This document shows, one piece after another, positions 50,011-59,906 of a DNA stretch of 62,007 bases. The number at the start of each line of letters is the position of its first letter. The first letter of the stretch is position 1. Origin of the DNA: Acidobacteriota bacterium (GTDB taxonomy: Bacteria > Acidobacteriota > Vicinamibacteria > Vicinamibacterales > CAVVIG01); the NCBI GenBank assembly GCA_017883165.1, contig JADGOC010000003.1, positions 1 through 62,007 on the forward strand, read 5' to 3'. The notes beneath the pieces were generated by a model. It saw nothing but the letters and a program-made list of their open reading frames with translations. It had not been told where the DNA came from and made no database searches. A program made the position numbers and the translations under genes.

Positions 50011-52280
50011 TGCAGACCGTTCGGTCTCGCCGCGGCGGCGCCGCGCTCGCGCTGGCCGCGATCTTTCTGGCCGCGCATCTGCCGTTTCTTCCCGCCTCTC
50101 CCGAAGATCTCGATTCGATCAATTTCGCGCTCGGCGTCCGGCACTTTGACGTGGCGCACCACCAGCCGCATCCGCCCGGCTATCCGCTGTTCATCCTGGC
50201 GGCGAAAACGGCGCACCTCTGGATCGCGTCCGAGGCGAAAGCGCTGGCCGTCGTGTCGGCCGCCGCCGGCGCGCTCAGCGTGCTTGCGCTGGTCGTGCTG
50301 TTTCGCAGGATCGATCCCGAGCGCTGCCCGCCGGGGTCGGCGCTGACCGCAACGCTGCTCACGGTGACAGCGCCGCTGTACTGGTTCACCGCGTCACGGC
50401 CGCTCAGCGACATGGCCGGCCTCGCGGCGGCGCTCGCCGTGCAAGCGCTCACCCTGGCGGCGACGAGTCCGGCCGCGGTGGCGATTGCGAGCTTGCTCGC
50501 CGCGTTCGCGACCGGCTTGCGATCGCAGGTCGCGTGGCTCACGGTTCCGCTGATCGTGTTGACGATCGCGCGTCAGCCGATTGGCGCACGCGCGCGGGCG
50601 ACGCTCTGGTCCGCTGCGGCGTTCGTGCTCGGCGGGCTCGCCTGGGGCCTTCCGCTCCTCGCACTCGCCGGCGGCCCACGAGCCTACTGGCGCGCGGTGT
50701 TCGATCAGGGCGCCGAGGATCTGACCGGCATCCAGATGTTGTGGACGACGCCGACGCCGCACCAGCTCGCCGCGGCGTTGTACCGCGAGTTCGTCGCGCC
50801 CTGGGCGATTACGCTCGCCGCGATCGTCGTTATCTCGCTCGCGATCGTCGGGGCGGTCCGCATGTTCCGCGCGGCTCGCGCGTCGCTCCTCACGCTTGCC
50901 GCGGCCTTCGTGCCGTATCTCATCTTCGATCTGTTCTTCCAGGAAACCGCGACGACGCGGTACGCGCTGCCGCTGGTGGGGCCGATGGCGTACCTGGCGA
51001 TGCGCGGGCTCGCCGGGTCCGCGGACGCCGGCGGGCGGGTCCGGCCCGCGCTGGTCGTCGTCGCGCTTGGCCTGGCGGTGTTCAACGCGCAGATCGGGGG
51101 GACCGCGCTCGCCGGATACGCCAGTGGGGCGGCGCCGGCATTCCGGCTGCTGGCCGACATGCACGAGTCGAACGCGTCGAGCCGCCTGGGGGGATTGTCG
51201 GGACTGGCGTGGCCGTCTGGGCCGGTGCTGGCGATGCATCGGCGCGAGGATCTGGATCTCCGTCGTCCACTTGCGTGGGCCGGCGGCGCCACTCCGCGTG
51301 TGTCGGAGCGGCTGGCCGCGCCGCCGCAGCACGAGTGGCTCGAGCTCGTGAAGTACTGGAACGGCGGCGGACGGAACGAGGTCTGGTTTGTCGCCGATCC
51401 CGCGCGGACCGACGTCGCGCTCATCGATCGCGAATCGGCGCGGATCGCCGCGTATCGCTGGCCGCTGACGCACCATGAATTGCTCGGCGGCGTGCGTCCC
51501 GACGTCATGGACTGGCTGCGCATTCGCCAGCCCGGTTGGTATCTCGGGGAAGGGTGGGCGCTGACGCCGGAGATCGCCGGCGTCGCTCAAGCGGATGGCC
51601 GCGGGCCGGACCGGGCGCCGATTGAGGGATGGATTCGGCGGCGGCGCGAGGCGCTGACACTCCTGGTCGGCGGACGCAATCTATCGCCCGGCGGTCCGCC
51701 CGCGCGCGTGACGATCGCGATCGACGGCCGCGCGATCGACGAGCCGGTGGTGGCCCCGGGATTCTTTCTGCGGATGCTCTTGCTTCCGCCAGGCGCGCTG
51801 GACGGCGCGGGCGATTACGCGACGATTTCGATTGCCGCGGACGCCCACGTCGCCGTCGAGCAGTTCGACGCGCAATCCTCCGACCGCGTCGTCTTCGGGC
51901 TCGGCGAGGGATGGAACGAGGCGGAATTCTCCACGGCGCTCGGTCCGTGGCGGTGGACGAGCGATCGCGCCGTGCTGCGCGTGCATGCCGCCGGCCGATC
52001 GCTGATGCTGACGCTGCGCGGCGAGCCCCCAATCGTGTCGCACTGGAGACCCGCGCACGTGAAAGTCAGCGCCGGCGGCCGCGTGGTGGCGGAGGAGACG
52101 CTGTTCACGCGATTCGATCTGCGCGTCCGCATCCCGGCGGAGCTCGTCGCCGGCATCGAGTCCACCATCACGATCGAAACGGATGTGTCGAATGTGCCCG
52201 CGGAAGGGACGCGACGCTCGCTCGATCGCCGCCGCCTCGGGCTGCGCGTGTTCGAATGCGAGGTCAGGCCGGTTTTCTAG
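50010..52280 (+). CDS. Polytopic membrane GT-C-like glycosyltransferase (DUF2723-like)
   Basis: DLDSINFALG...HQPHPPGYPL motif, many TM helices, and a periplasmic C-terminal domain. Confidence 0.7.
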   Translation: MQTVRSRRGGAALALAAIFLAAHLPFLPASPEDLDSINFALGVRHFDVAHHQPHPPGYPLFILAAKTAHLWIASEAKALAVVSAAAGALSVLALVVLFRRIDPERCPPGSALTATLLTVTAPLYWFTASRPLSDMAGLAAALAVQALTLAATSPAAVAIASLLAAFATGLRSQVAWLTVPLIVLTIARQPIGARARATLWSAAAFVLGGLAWGLPLLALAGGPRAYWRAVFDQGAEDLTGIQMLWTTPTPHQLAAALYREFVAPWAITLAAIVVISLAIVGAVRMFRAARASLLTLAAAFVPYLIFDLFFQETATTRYALPLVGPMAYLAMRGLAGSADAGGRVRPALVVVALGLAVFNAQIGGTALAGYASGAAPAFRLLADMHESNASSRLGGLSGLAWPSGPVLAMHRREDLDLRRPLAWAGGATPRVSERLAAPPQHEWLELVKYWNGGGRNEVWFVADPARTDVALIDRESARIAAYRWPLTHHELLGGVRPDVMDWLRIRQPGWYLGEGWALTPEIAGVAQADGRGPDRAPIEGWIRRRREALTLLVGGRNLSPGGPPARVTIAIDGRAIDEPVVAPGFFLRMLLLPPGALDGAGDYATISIAADAHVAVEQFDAQSSDRVVFGLGEGWNEAEFSTALGPWRWTSDRAVLRVHAAGRSLMLTLRGEPPIVSHWRPAHVKVSAGGRVVAEETLFTRFDLRVRIPAELVAGIESTITIETDVSNVPAEGTRRSLDRRRLGLRVFECEVRPVF

Positions 52281-53019
52281 CGAGACACAGAAGCGAGCTC
52301 CCGACCGGATTATTGAACCAGCGCAGCCACAGACTCTCGGCAAAAAGCGCGACGCTCAAGAGCGCATTGATGGGTTCGGATGGAACGGTGATTTCCCGCT
52401 GCGCCGAATCTTCCGTCGCCAGACCGCGCCACCGGTGCAACAGGCGCGTGGCGAGCATCGGCAGGAAGAGCACCAGATTGGTATGGGTGAGCCTGACGAT
52501 CTCGAAGCCGGCGCCGGTCACCGCCTGTCGAAGGCGCGCGCGGTTGTATCGGCGGACCTCGTGGCTGAGCACCGAGTGATCGCCGCGCAGCAGATCCATC
52601 GCGGCCACGTTGATCAGCACGAAGCCCCGAGGCCGCGTCAGCCGGTACATCTCCGCGAGCGCCGCGCGTTCGTCCGGCTCCTCGAGGGCGTACAACACGT
52701 CGAATGAGGTGACGAGATCGAACCACTCGGACGGAAAGGGCACCGCGGTCACCGACGCGCGAACGAGCCGATTTCGGCCTGATTCGCGGCCGAAGTAAAG
52801 TCCAAGGGCTGAGCGGTCGAAACCGTAGGGGACGCCATAACGGCTGAGCAGGTCGAGGTTGGCGCCGGTGCCGCATCCGCAATCGAGGATGCGGGCGTTC
52901 GGTCGGCCGCCGATGGCCTGCCGGATGAGCGGCTCAACGAACCACCGGAATCCGCGGAACCAGAAGTGACGCGCTTCAGCACGCGCTGTCGCGCGCAGCA
53001 GATGGTCCACGGCGGGCAT
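52264..53019 (-). CDS. Class I SAM-dependent methyltransferase
   Basis: EARHFWF, ILDCGCGTG, FDLVTSFDVL, H..RRY. Confidence 0.9.
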   Translation of the reverse strand: MPAVDHLLRATARAEARHFWFRGFRWFVEPLIRQAIGGRPNARILDCGCGTGANLDLLSRYGVPYGFDRSALGLYFGRESGRNRLVRASVTAVPFPSEWFDLVTSFDVLYALEEPDERAALAEMYRLTRPRGFVLINVAAMDLLRGDHSVLSHEVRRYNRARLRQAVTGAGFEIVRLTHTNLVLFLPMLATRLLHRWRGLATEDSAQREITVPSEPINALLSVALFAESLWLRWFNNPVGSSLLCLARKPA

Positions 53020-53050
53020 TGTATCTTTTCCGCCACACCGTGCGCGTGAA

Positions 53051-53079
53051 TTGACACCCCGCGATCAACTTTGTACGCT
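53051..53079 (+). promoter_or_regulatory. Sigma70 promoter of pal
   Basis: TTGACA-N17-TACGCT, followed by a GAGGAG RBS. Confidence 0.7.
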
Positions 53080-53098
53080 GCCGTGTTTGAGGAGTGTG

Positions 53099-53674
53099 AT
53101 GATGACTCGTCTGCGTCGACTCGTTTCTGGTCTTGCGCTTGGCTGCGTGATCGCGGTCGCGGCCGCCGGCTGCCATAAGAAAGTTCCCGCGATGGCGCCC
53201 ACGCCGCCACCGCCGCCACCGGCGGCGCCCGTGACGCCGCCGCCGCCACCGCCGCCGCCTGCACCCACGCCGGCGCCGCCGCCGCGGCCGCTGAGCGAGG
53301 AGGAGATCTTCGCACGCAAGTCGCTCGACGAGGTGACGCGCGAGCTGAGCGACGCCTACTTCGATCTCGACAAGTCCGAAATCCGCGCCGACGCGCGCGA
53401 CCCGCTGACGAAGGACGCGGACTGGCTGAAGAAGTGGACGAGCACGCAGGTGACCGTGGAAGGCCACTGCGACTCGCGTGGCAGCTCGGAGTACAACCTC
53501 GCGCTCGGATCACGCCGGGCGACGGCGGTGAAGGACTACCTCGTCAACCTGGGTGTGGCGGCGGGCCGCATCACCGCCATCAGCAAAGGGAAGGAACAGC
53601 CGTTCTGCACCGAGGAGAACGAGTCGTGCTGGCAGCAGAATCGCCGCGGGCACTTCTTGGTGACAGCGAAGTAG
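53099..53674 (+). CDS. pal: Peptidoglycan-associated lipoprotein (OmpA family)
   Basis: Lipobox AAGC, Pro-rich linker, YFDLDK, EGHCDSRGSSEYNLALG, QNRR. Confidence 0.92.
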   Translation: MMTRLRRLVSGLALGCVIAVAAAGCHKKVPAMAPTPPPPPPAAPVTPPPPPPPPAPTPAPPPRPLSEEEIFARKSLDEVTRELSDAYFDLDKSEIRADARDPLTKDADWLKKWTSTQVTVEGHCDSRGSSEYNLALGSRRATAVKDYLVNLGVAAGRITAISKGKEQPFCTEENESCWQQNRRGHFLVTAK

Positions 53675-53682
53675 GAAACAGA

Positions 53683-53733
53683 GGGCAGGACGGGCAGGAG
53701 GAATTCCTTCCCGCCTTTCCTGCCTATCCCGCC
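53683..53733. repeat. Inverted 9-mer arrays (GGGCAGGAC / TTCCYGCC) between convergent genes, possible terminator
   Basis: Same motif as 15235-15321. Confidence 0.65.
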
Positions 53734-53969
53734 CTAGCCGCGAGTATCCGCCTCAACTCCGCATCGCTCACCCTGTATTTCGCCGCCTTCCTTCCATTCA
53801 CCAGCAGCACGGGAATCTCGACGCCGTAGCGCGCTTCGAGCGCGGGATCGGTCGAGATGTCCACTTCTTCGAGCGTGAGCGGCACGTCGCGCGCGGCGCG
53901 GGCGATCGCGGCTTTCATCTCATCGCACAAATGGCAGCCCGGGCGGGTGTAGAGGGTGAGGGTGATCAC
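53724..53969 (-). CDS. Glutaredoxin-like protein (DUF836 type)
   Basis: [18 protein letters not shown]...IPVL. GTGA overlap with the pyrF stop. Confidence 0.88.
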   Translation of the reverse strand: MITLTLYTRPGCHLCDEMKAAIARAARDVPLTLEEVDISTDPALEARYGVEIPVLLVNGRKAAKYRVSDAELRRILAARAG

Positions 53970-54688
53970 GAGGCGTGCGCGGTGCGGCACTCGGCGGCGA
54001 TCCGCTCGGCGGCCGCGCGCGGATCGGCGGCCGCGATGATCGGGCGGCCGACCACCAGATAGCTGGCGCCGGCGGCCAGCGCATCGGCGGCGGTCATGGT
54101 TCTCTGCTGGTCGTCTTTCGCGGCGGCGGCGGCGCCGCCACGGATGCCCGGCGTGACGATGGAGAAATCGGCGCCGCAGCGCGCGCGGATGAGGCCGATC
54201 TCCTGCGGCGACGCGACGACGCCGTCGAGGCCGGCCGATTGCGCGAGCGCGGCCAGACGTGCCACCTGCTCCGCCATCGCCGCGCGGACGCCAATCGCGT
54301 CGAGCGCGCCTTCATCCAGACTGGTGAGCACGGTGACGGCGATGACGAGCGGCGCCCGACGCGACATCCGCGCGGCCTCTTCGCGCGCGGCGTCGCGTGC
54401 GGCGCGCATCATCGCGTCACCGCCAGAGGCATGGACGTTCACCATCCAGACGCCGAGCCGCGCCGCCGCGGCCACGGCGCCGGCCACGGTGTTCGGGATG
54501 TCGTGAAACTTCAAGTCGAGGAAGATGCGATCGCCGCGCGCGGCCAGCTCTTCGACGATCGACGGCCCGTGGCTCGTGAACAGGCGGCTGCCGATCTTGA
54601 AGCCGCCGACTGCGCCGCGCAGCTGGTCCGCCAGCGCGCGCGCGCCGTGCGCCGTGTCCACGTCCAACGCCACCAAAAGCTGATTCAT
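53966..54688 (-). CDS. pyrF: Orotidine-5'-phosphate decarboxylase
   Basis: [35 protein letters not shown]. Confidence 0.97.
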   Translation of the reverse strand: MNQLLVALDVDTAHGARALADQLRGAVGGFKIGSRLFTSHGPSIVEELAARGDRIFLDLKFHDIPNTVAGAVAAAARLGVWMVNVHASGGDAMMRAARDAAREEAARMSRRAPLVIAVTVLTSLDEGALDAIGVRAAMAEQVARLAALAQSAGLDGVVASPQEIGLIRARCGADFSIVTPGIRGGAAAAAKDDQQRTMTAADALAAGASYLVVGRPIIAAADPRAAAERIAAECRTAHAS

Positions 54689-54706
54689 GGCTGATCGCTT
54701 CGCGGG

Positions 54707-55645
54707 CTACGCCCCGCTGCGCTCGGGGGCAGCGGGGCCGGTGTCGACCGTGCCGACCAGGTCGGCGACGCGCGCCACGTGGTGGCGCTCCATGTAGCTG
54801 CGGATGCCGTCGAGCAGTTTCGGCCAGATGAACGGATCGACGAAGCTTGCCGTCCCCACCTGCACGGCCGAAGCGCCCGCGATCATGAACTCGATGGCGT
54901 CGCGCGCATCGGCGATGCCGCCCATGCCGATGATCGGGATCGTGATCGCCTGCCGGCACTCGTACACCATCCGCACCGCAATCGGCCTGATGGCCGGCCC
55001 GCTCAGGCCGCCCACGATATTCGACAGCTTCGGCCGCCGCGTTTCGACGTCGATGGCCATCGCGAGGAACGTATTGACGAGCGATACCGCGTCGGCGCCC
55101 GCCTCTTCGGCCGCGCGCGCGAACGACGACACGTCCGTGACGTTCGGCGTCAGCTTCGGCACGACCGGCAGCCGCGTGACCTTCCGCACCGCCGACACGA
55201 CGTCGAACGTGCCGTTGAGGCTGCATCCGAACGTGATGCCGCCTTCCTTGATGTTGGGGCACGAGATGTTCAGCTCAAGGGCCGCGACCCCGTCCGCGTC
55301 GGAAAGAATCCGCGCCAGCTCGACGTACTCATCGAGCGTCGTGCCGCAGATGTTGACGATGACCGTCGCCTGGCGGGCGCGCAGTTCGGGCAGCTTCTCG
55401 GCGATGAACCGGCGGACGCCGATCCCCTGAAGACCGATCGCATTCAACATCCCGGCCGGTGTTTCGACGATTCGGGGCGCCGGGTGTCCTTCGCGCTCCT
55501 CGAGGAACAGGCCTTTCACCGCGACGCCGCCGAGTGAGGCGAGGTCGACGAGGTCCGCGTACTCGACGCCGTAGCCGAAGCAGCCGCTGGCGGCGATGAG
55601 CGGATTCTGAAGGGTGAGTGTGCCAATGCGAACGGAGAGATCCAT
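54707..55645 (-). CDS. pyrD: Dihydroorotate dehydrogenase (class 1B) catalytic subunit
   Basis: ASGCFGYG, MLNAIGLQ, ELNISCPN, KLTPNVTD, GGLSGPAI. Confidence 0.96.
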   Translation of the reverse strand: MDLSVRIGTLTLQNPLIAASGCFGYGVEYADLVDLASLGGVAVKGLFLEEREGHPAPRIVETPAGMLNAIGLQGIGVRRFIAEKLPELRARQATVIVNICGTTLDEYVELARILSDADGVAALELNISCPNIKEGGITFGCSLNGTFDVVSAVRKVTRLPVVPKLTPNVTDVSSFARAAEEAGADAVSLVNTFLAMAIDVETRRPKLSNIVGGLSGPAIRPIAVRMVYECRQAITIPIIGMGGIADARDAIEFMIAGASAVQVGTASFVDPFIWPKLLDGIRSYMERHHVARVADLVGTVDTGPAAPERSGA

Positions 55646-55680
55646 ATCAGCTCTGAATCACCACAAAGGGGTGAATGCTC

Positions 55681-56505
55681 TTAATCCCATAGGATCTGAT
55701 CCCCGGCCATCACCGGCCCCGCGAGGCACGATCGCACGTGATGAGCGCGGCCGTGCGGTCCGCGAACCGCCACCACGCAGCCATAGCAGCCGCCGAGTCC
55801 GCATCCCATCGTGCGTTCCATCGAGACGAAACAGGGCGCGTGGTAGCGCATGGCTAGCTTCGCCGCGGCCGCCATCATGGCTTCCGGTCCGCACGCGTAG
55901 ATCATCGGGGGCGCGCCTGGAGTCACGAGGGCGCGGGACGCCAGCGCACGCTCGAGCGGCACGGTGATGCGGCCGCGCTCGCCGGCCGTGCCGTCCTCGG
56001 TGGTCAGCACGAGCTCGACGCCGAGATCGCGGAAGAAGTCCAGATAGAAGAGCTCCGCGGCGCGTCGCGCCCCATAAAAGAGCGTGGCTCGGACGCCGCG
56101 CCCGCTGAGCGACTCGCCGAGCGCCGCGAATGGCGCGAGCCCGACGCCGCCCGCCACCATCCACGCCTCGACCGGTGGATCAACCGGCACGAACGGCTGG
56201 CCGAGCGGACCGAGACACGCGAGGCGCTGTCCCTGGCGCGCTGCGTAGAGGAGCTCGGTCGACGCGCCGATCCGTTTGTTGAGAATCGAGATGCCCGTGG
56301 GCGCGCCGCGCGCGTCGCGCAGCACTTCGAACACCGAAAAGGGACGACGCAGCAGCGGATCGTGGCCGAGCCCCGCTTTGACCATCACGAATTGTCCGGG
56401 CGCGGCCGCGGCGGCGATCGCCGGAGCCGCGAGCGTGAGCACGTTGTAGTCGGCCGACAGCGGCTGGTTGGACGTGACTTCCGCGGCCACGTCGACGGGC
56501 GGCAT
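55681..56505 (-). CDS. pyrK: Dihydroorotate dehydrogenase electron transfer subunit
   Basis: PGQFVM, LRRPFS, GPLG, AGGVG, ACGP, MGCGLGGCYGC..C..GPV. Confidence 0.93.
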   Translation of the reverse strand: MPPVDVAAEVTSNQPLSADYNVLTLAAPAIAAAAAPGQFVMVKAGLGHDPLLRRPFSVFEVLRDARGAPTGISILNKRIGASTELLYAARQGQRLACLGPLGQPFVPVDPPVEAWMVAGGVGLAPFAALGESLSGRGVRATLFYGARRAAELFYLDFFRDLGVELVLTTEDGTAGERGRITVPLERALASRALVTPGAPPMIYACGPEAMMAAAAKLAMRYHAPCFVSMERTMGCGLGGCYGCVVAVRGPHGRAHHVRSCLAGPVMAGDQILWD

Positions 56506-56510
56506 CGCGG

Positions 56511-56520
56511 CAGTATACTG
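56511..56520. promoter_or_regulatory. Palindromic -10 element, possible bidirectional promoter
   Basis: CAGTATACTG reads TATACT on both strands, within the 24-bp gap between divergent starts. Confidence 0.55.
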
Positions 56521-56529
56521 CACGCAAAA

Positions 56530-58275
56530 GTGCGCTATCTGCGAATGCTGAGCAACTCGCTCGTGGCCGCGCTGCTGGCGGCCGCCTACGTCGACGTGCT
56601 CGTGCTGCAGCTCAATCCGGCCCTGCCGCTCAGCCCCGCGCGTCTTCTGCCGCTCGTGACGACCGTCGGACTGTTCTACGCCGTCCATCTCACGGTCATC
56701 TTCTACATGCTGCTGGTCGTCCGCCACCTGTTCTCGACCGACGTGTTTTCTCCGGCATGGCTGAGCGTCGGCGTGCTCGTCTGGTTCGGCGCGGCCACGG
56801 CCGCCGCCGGCGCGGCGCTCATCTGGGGCAACGTGCAGACCTTCACGCTCGTGCTCGAGCCGGCGACGACGAGAGAGATGACGAGCGGCGCGCTGGCGCT
56901 CGTCGGCGCCTCGGCGCTGTTTGTCTGCGTCGCGCTGGCGCGCGCGCAGTTCGGCCCGCGCGCCCGCGCCTGGTGCGCGCTGCTCGTCGCGCTGATTGCC
57001 GGCGGCTCGATCGCCGCACCGCTCGCGCGGCGAGGGCGCGGGACGCCGCCGCTACTCGAGGCGCACCCCATCGACATGTCCGCCGCGCCGGGCGCCGCCG
57101 AGCGCTCGGCGCGCGTCGTGATCATCGCCCTCGACGCCGGCTCGCTGGAATTCATCACGAGCGCGGCCGCCGAAGGGCGGCTGCCCAACTTCGGACGCGT
57201 CCTCGACGCCGGCGCGGTGATGCACCTGGCGACGCTGCACCCGACCTCCGCCGAGGCGGTGTGGACGGCGGTCGCGACCGGCAAGTGGCCGCAGAAGAAC
57301 GGCATCCGCTCCGCGGGAGACTACCGCCTGACGCGCGGCGGCGATCCGATCCAGCTCCTTCCCGATTACTGCTTCGCGCACTCGCTCGTGCGCCTCGGAT
57401 TTCTCGTGCAGGAGCCGTACACCTCGGCGTCGCTGCGCACGCGGCCGCTCTGGAGCGTCCTCTCCACGCTCGGCATTTCGGTCGGGGTGGTCGGCTGGCC
57501 GCTGACCGCTCCGGCGCCGAGCGTGCGCGGGTATCTGGTGAGCGACGCGTACCGGCGCGCCGCATCGACGCGATCCGAGGTCGACAACGCCTCGGCCGTC
57601 TATCCCGCCGACATTCAGGCGGATGTCGCCGCGGCCATCGACCGCGCGGCGGCCGAACGTGCGGACGTCATCCCGGCAGCGACCGTCGATCTCCGTTTCG
57701 AGACGCCGGGCCGCACCGATCGCGCGTCCGATCGGATTGCCGAGGCGCTCGAGCGCAGCCGCCCCACGCAGGTCAGCCTCGTCCGCTATCAGAGCCTGGA
57801 TCTGATCGGCCATTATTTTCTGCGGTTTGCGATGCCGTCGGCGTTCGGCGATGTGAGCGACGAGGAGCGCCGACGGTTCGGCGGCGTGCTGGAGCGGCAT
57901 TATGCCGTGATCGACGAAGCGATCGGCCGCGCGATCGCCGCGCTCGGGCCCGAGGACCTGCTGCTCGTCGTGTCGGGCTACGGCATGGAGCCGCTCGGTC
58001 TGGGCAAGCGGCTCCTGGAGCGCGCGATCGGCGATCCTGAGGTCAGCGGCACGCACGAAACGGCGCCGGACGGATTCCTGATGGCGTACGGGGCGCCGGC
58101 GGCCAAGGCTCGGCTGCTCGCCCGCGCATCGGTCGTGGATGTCGTGCCGACGGTCCTGTATTTTCTCGGCCTGCCGATCGGCCGCGACATGGACGGCTAC
58201 GCGAGGACCGACGTGTTTCAGCGGTCCTTCACCGAAGAGCGGCCCATCACGTTCATTCCCACGTACGATCGGTGA
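56530..58275 (+). CDS. Membrane-anchored alkaline phosphatase-superfamily (phosphodiesterase-like) protein
   Basis: About 5 TM helices, then IIALDAG, LPNF, PT..VWT.VATG..P.KNGI, D.IGH, VVSGYG, DVVPTVL..LGLP...DMDG. Confidence 0.8.
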   Translation: MRYLRMLSNSLVAALLAAAYVDVLVLQLNPALPLSPARLLPLVTTVGLFYAVHLTVIFYMLLVVRHLFSTDVFSPAWLSVGVLVWFGAATAAAGAALIWGNVQTFTLVLEPATTREMTSGALALVGASALFVCVALARAQFGPRARAWCALLVALIAGGSIAAPLARRGRGTPPLLEAHPIDMSAAPGAAERSARVVIIALDAGSLEFITSAAAEGRLPNFGRVLDAGAVMHLATLHPTSAEAVWTAVATGKWPQKNGIRSAGDYRLTRGGDPIQLLPDYCFAHSLVRLGFLVQEPYTSASLRTRPLWSVLSTLGISVGVVGWPLTAPAPSVRGYLVSDAYRRAASTRSEVDNASAVYPADIQADVAAAIDRAAAERADVIPAATVDLRFETPGRTDRASDRIAEALERSRPTQVSLVRYQSLDLIGHYFLRFAMPSAFGDVSDEERRRFGGVLERHYAVIDEAIGRAIAALGPEDLLLVVSGYGMEPLGLGKRLLERAIGDPEVSGTHETAPDGFLMAYGAPAAKARLLARASVVDVVPTVLYFLGLPIGRDMDGYARTDVFQRSFTEERPITFIPTYDR

Positions 58276-58292
58276 TATAATCGCCGCCGCTT

Positions 58293-58330
58293 CACTCTTT
58301 AACGCGACCCTGCGAGGCCGCGAAGAGGTG
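58293..58330 (+). promoter_or_regulatory. PyrR-binding RNA leader element
   Basis: CTTTAA...GACCCTGCGAGGCC...GAAG stem-loop resembles the PyrR binding loop. Lies downstream of TGaTATAAT (58273-58281) and upstream of pyrR. Confidence 0.7.
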
Positions 58331-58384
58331 CCTGATGTCGTTCCGCGCGCGCCCGTCTTCACATCCTAAGATCCTTACCTCCTT

Positions 58385-58420
58385 AGATCCTCACATGTTG
58401 CCAGATCCTCACATGTTGCC
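58385..58420. repeat. 18-bp direct repeat x2 (AGATCCTCACATGTTGCC)
   Basis: Exact tandem duplication, preceded by degenerate ANATCCTN 8-mers. Confidence 0.85.
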
Positions 58421-58432
58421 GCAGGTGTCCCT

Positions 58433-58975
58433 GTGGCCGTAGTGATGGACGCCGACCGGATCGCGCGGACGCTCACGCGCATCGCGCATGAGATTCTCGA
58501 GCGCAACGCGGCCCCCGGTGACGTTCACGATCTGGCGCTCGTCGGCATCCGCACGCGCGGGGTGCCGATCGCCAAACGCCTCGCGCAGCTGCTGCGCGAC
58601 ATCCATGGTGGAGACGAGGTCCCGACCGGCGCCCTCGACATCACGCTGTACCGCGACGATCTGATGCGCCACGCCGTCGGCCCGCAGCCGGTCGTCCGCA
58701 AGACGGAGATTCCGTTCTCCATCGACGACAAACGGATCCTGCTGGTCGACGACGTGCTGTACACCGGCCGGACGATCCGCGCGGCGCTCGACGCGCTGAT
58801 CGACTTCGGGCGGCCAAAGGCGATTCAGCTCGTCGTGCTCGTCGACCGCGGCCACCGGGAGCTGCCGATCAAGGCCGATTACGTCGGCAAGAACCTTCCG
58901 ACGTCGCCCTCGCAGAGCGTGCAGGTCCATCTCGTCGAGGTGGACGGCCGCGACGAGGTGGAGATCGCGGGATGA
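58433..58975 (+). CDS. pyrR: Bifunctional pyr operon regulator / uracil phosphoribosyltransferase
   Basis: [43 protein letters not shown]. Confidence 0.97.
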   Translation: MAVVMDADRIARTLTRIAHEILERNAAPGDVHDLALVGIRTRGVPIAKRLAQLLRDIHGGDEVPTGALDITLYRDDLMRHAVGPQPVVRKTEIPFSIDDKRILLVDDVLYTGRTIRAALDALIDFGRPKAIQLVVLVDRGHRELPIKADYVGKNLPTSPSQSVQVHLVEVDGRDEVEIAG

Positions 58976-59892
58976 AGAAGGATCTGCTGGGCATCGCAGA
59001 GCTCTCGTCCGAGGAGATCTACCTCATTCTCGACACCGCCGAAGCGATGCGCGAGATCGGCCAGCGGCCGATCAAGAAAGTGCCGACGCTGCGCGGCAAG
59101 ACGGTCGTGAACCTGTTCTTCGAGCCGAGCACGCGCACGCGGACGTCGTTCGAAATCGCGGAGAAGCGGCTGAGCGCCGACACGCTGTCCATCGCGGTGG
59201 CGGCCTCGAGCGTGCTCAAAGGCGAGACGCTCGTGGACACGGCGATGAACATCGAGGCGATGTCGCCCGACATGATCGTCGTCCGCCACGCGGCGTCCGG
59301 CGCCTGCCATCTGCTCTCGCGCATCTGCCGCTCGCGCATCATCAACGCGGGCGACGGCATGCACGAGCATCCGACGCAGGCGCTGCTCGACGCGTTCACG
59401 ATCCGCGAGCACAAGAAACGTATCGACGGCCTGAAGGTCGCCATCGTCGGCGACCTGCTGCACAGCCGCGTCCTGCGGTCGAATGTGCTGCTCCTGACCA
59501 AGCTCGGCGCCGAGGTGTGGGTCAGCGGGCCGCGGACGCTCGTGCCGGCCGGGATGGAGCGCTTCGGCGTGCGCGTGTCCACCTCGGTCGAAGAGGCCGT
59601 GGCCGACGCCGACGTGATCATGATGCTGCGCATCCAGCAGGAGCGGATGCAGGGCGCGTTCATTCCGTCGCTGCGCGAATACTTCACCGTGTTCGGCATG
59701 ACGGCCGAGCGCGTCGCCCGCGCGAAGCCCGACGCGATCATCATGCACCCGGGCCCGATGAACCGCGGCGTCGAGATTGCCTCGGAGGTCGCCGACGGCC
59801 CCTATTCGGTGATTCTCGAGCAGGTCGCCAACGGCGTGGCGGTCCGCATGGCGGTCTTGTATCTGCTGGCGGGCGGCCCGGAGGGCGAGTAG
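58972..59892 (+). CDS. pyrB: Aspartate carbamoyltransferase
   Basis: [36 protein letters not shown]. Confidence 0.97.
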   Translation: MKKDLLGIAELSSEEIYLILDTAEAMREIGQRPIKKVPTLRGKTVVNLFFEPSTRTRTSFEIAEKRLSADTLSIAVAASSVLKGETLVDTAMNIEAMSPDMIVVRHAASGACHLLSRICRSRIINAGDGMHEHPTQALLDAFTIREHKKRIDGLKVAIVGDLLHSRVLRSNVLLLTKLGAEVWVSGPRTLVPAGMERFGVRVSTSVEEAVADADVIMMLRIQQERMQGAFIPSLREYFTVFGMTAERVARAKPDAIIMHPGPMNRGVEIASEVADGPYSVILEQVANGVAVRMAVLYLLAGGPEGE

Positions 59893-59906
59893 AAGGTGAC
59901 TGGGAC

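Noticed and set aside
53200-53290. CCG-rich repeat in pal
   Set aside because: It encodes an ordinary proline-rich linker.
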